This document shows positions 46,298 to 46,479 of a stretch of 46,479 nucleotides of DNA, in pieces. This DNA comes from Gammaproteobacteria bacterium. GTDB taxonomy: Bacteria > Pseudomonadota > Gammaproteobacteria > Steroidobacterales > MnTg04. Numbering within the stretch: the stretch's first letter is position 1; each line of letters starts with the position of its first letter. The notes under the pieces are model-generated. The model was not told the DNA's origin and ran no database searches. It was given only the letters and a program-made list of their open reading frames with translations. The DNA lies in the NCBI GenBank assembly GCA_027292775.1, contig JAPUGL010000073.1, positions 1 through 46,479 of the forward strand, given 5' to 3'. Both the position numbers and the translations under genes were made by a program.

Positions 46298-46479
46298 CTA
46301 CTCCGGATCGTGCAGACCGGCTTCCCGCAGACACTGGGGAATGGATGCCGGGCGCTCGATTTTGACGCGCTTGTTGCGACCGCTTTCACCCGATAGGATC
46401 AAGATCCTGGACGGCGCGACCGAAAAAGAGCTGCCGAGGAATTCGCGCAACTGTCGGTTTGCCTTGCCATCGGCGGGTG
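46298..46479 (-). CDS. yggU: DUF167/YggU-family protein, C-terminal fragment (5' end outside the window)
   Basis: My reverse-strand translation gives ...PADGKANRQLREFLGSSFSVAPSRILILSGESGRNKRVKIERPASIPQCLREAGLHDPE*, with the stop at 46298-46300. The pattern GKAN..L..FL...F.V..S.V.I..GE.SR.K.V.I is the YggU signature. It is not in the ORF track because the start lies outside the window. Confidence 0.75.
   Translation of the reverse strand, partial: PADGKANRQLREFLGSSFSVAPSRILILSGESGRNKRVKIERPASIPQCLREAGLHDPE

Noticed and set aside
1-46479. CRISPR arrays, tandem repeats, IS elements, rRNA, and toxin-antitoxin or defence-island signatures
   Set aside because: Reading both strands, I found no spaced direct-repeat array, no transposase or integrase-like ORF, no reverse transcriptase, nuclease or helicase clusters, and no rRNA-like sequence. 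The absence is by eye only and should be confirmed with dedicated tools.

Overview
This window is mostly housekeeping chromosome from a moderately GC-rich, gammaproteobacterium-like genome. I saw no rRNA, CRISPR array, transposase, integrase or phage genes.

**Anchor locus.** The macromolecular-synthesis locus sits on the minus strand as rpsU, yqeY-like, dnaG and rpoD, followed by a CAU-anticodon tRNA. tsaD-folB-folK runs divergently from it. Next come a pteridine-reductase-like SDR, a MidA-like methyltransferase, uppP and cca. As I recall it, this resembles the E. coli ygiM-cca-bacA-folB / tsaD-rpsU-dnaG-rpoD-ileX neighbourhood.

**Other recognisable content:**
- a secreted reprolysin-like metalloprotease, open at the left edge;
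- an ankyrin-repeat lipoprotein;
- a YgiM-like SH3 protein;
- a TMEM175/DUF1211 channel homolog;
- an ArsR-type regulator;
- an unusual receiver-TM-TPR-TonB_C protein;
- a DegP/DegQ protease and an Hsp20 gene with a sigma32-like promoter;
- a split B12-dependent class II ribonucleotide reductase (nrdJa/nrdJb) with NrdR-like boxes;
- a MerR-type regulator, cbpA and an FAD oxidase;
- yccF, P5C dehydrogenase, cysZ, an M49-like peptidase and an L,D-transpeptidase;
- an orphan ParA-like ATPase, msrB and an FKBP/phosphatase-like/amidohydrolase/TonB_C gene string;
- a PEBP protein, ornithine aminotransferase, an alpha/beta hydrolase, a TerB-like protein and a yggU fragment open at the right edge.

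**ORF track gaps.** The two edge genes are missing from the supplied track because they lack an in-window stop or start.

**Most worth a second look:**
1. A translationally coupled 72-codon ORF sitting in the junction of the split nrdJ.
2. The receiver-TonB_C chimera.
3. The orphan ParA gene surrounded by several small unassigned ORFs.

I could not identify a clear multi-gene novel system with confidence.
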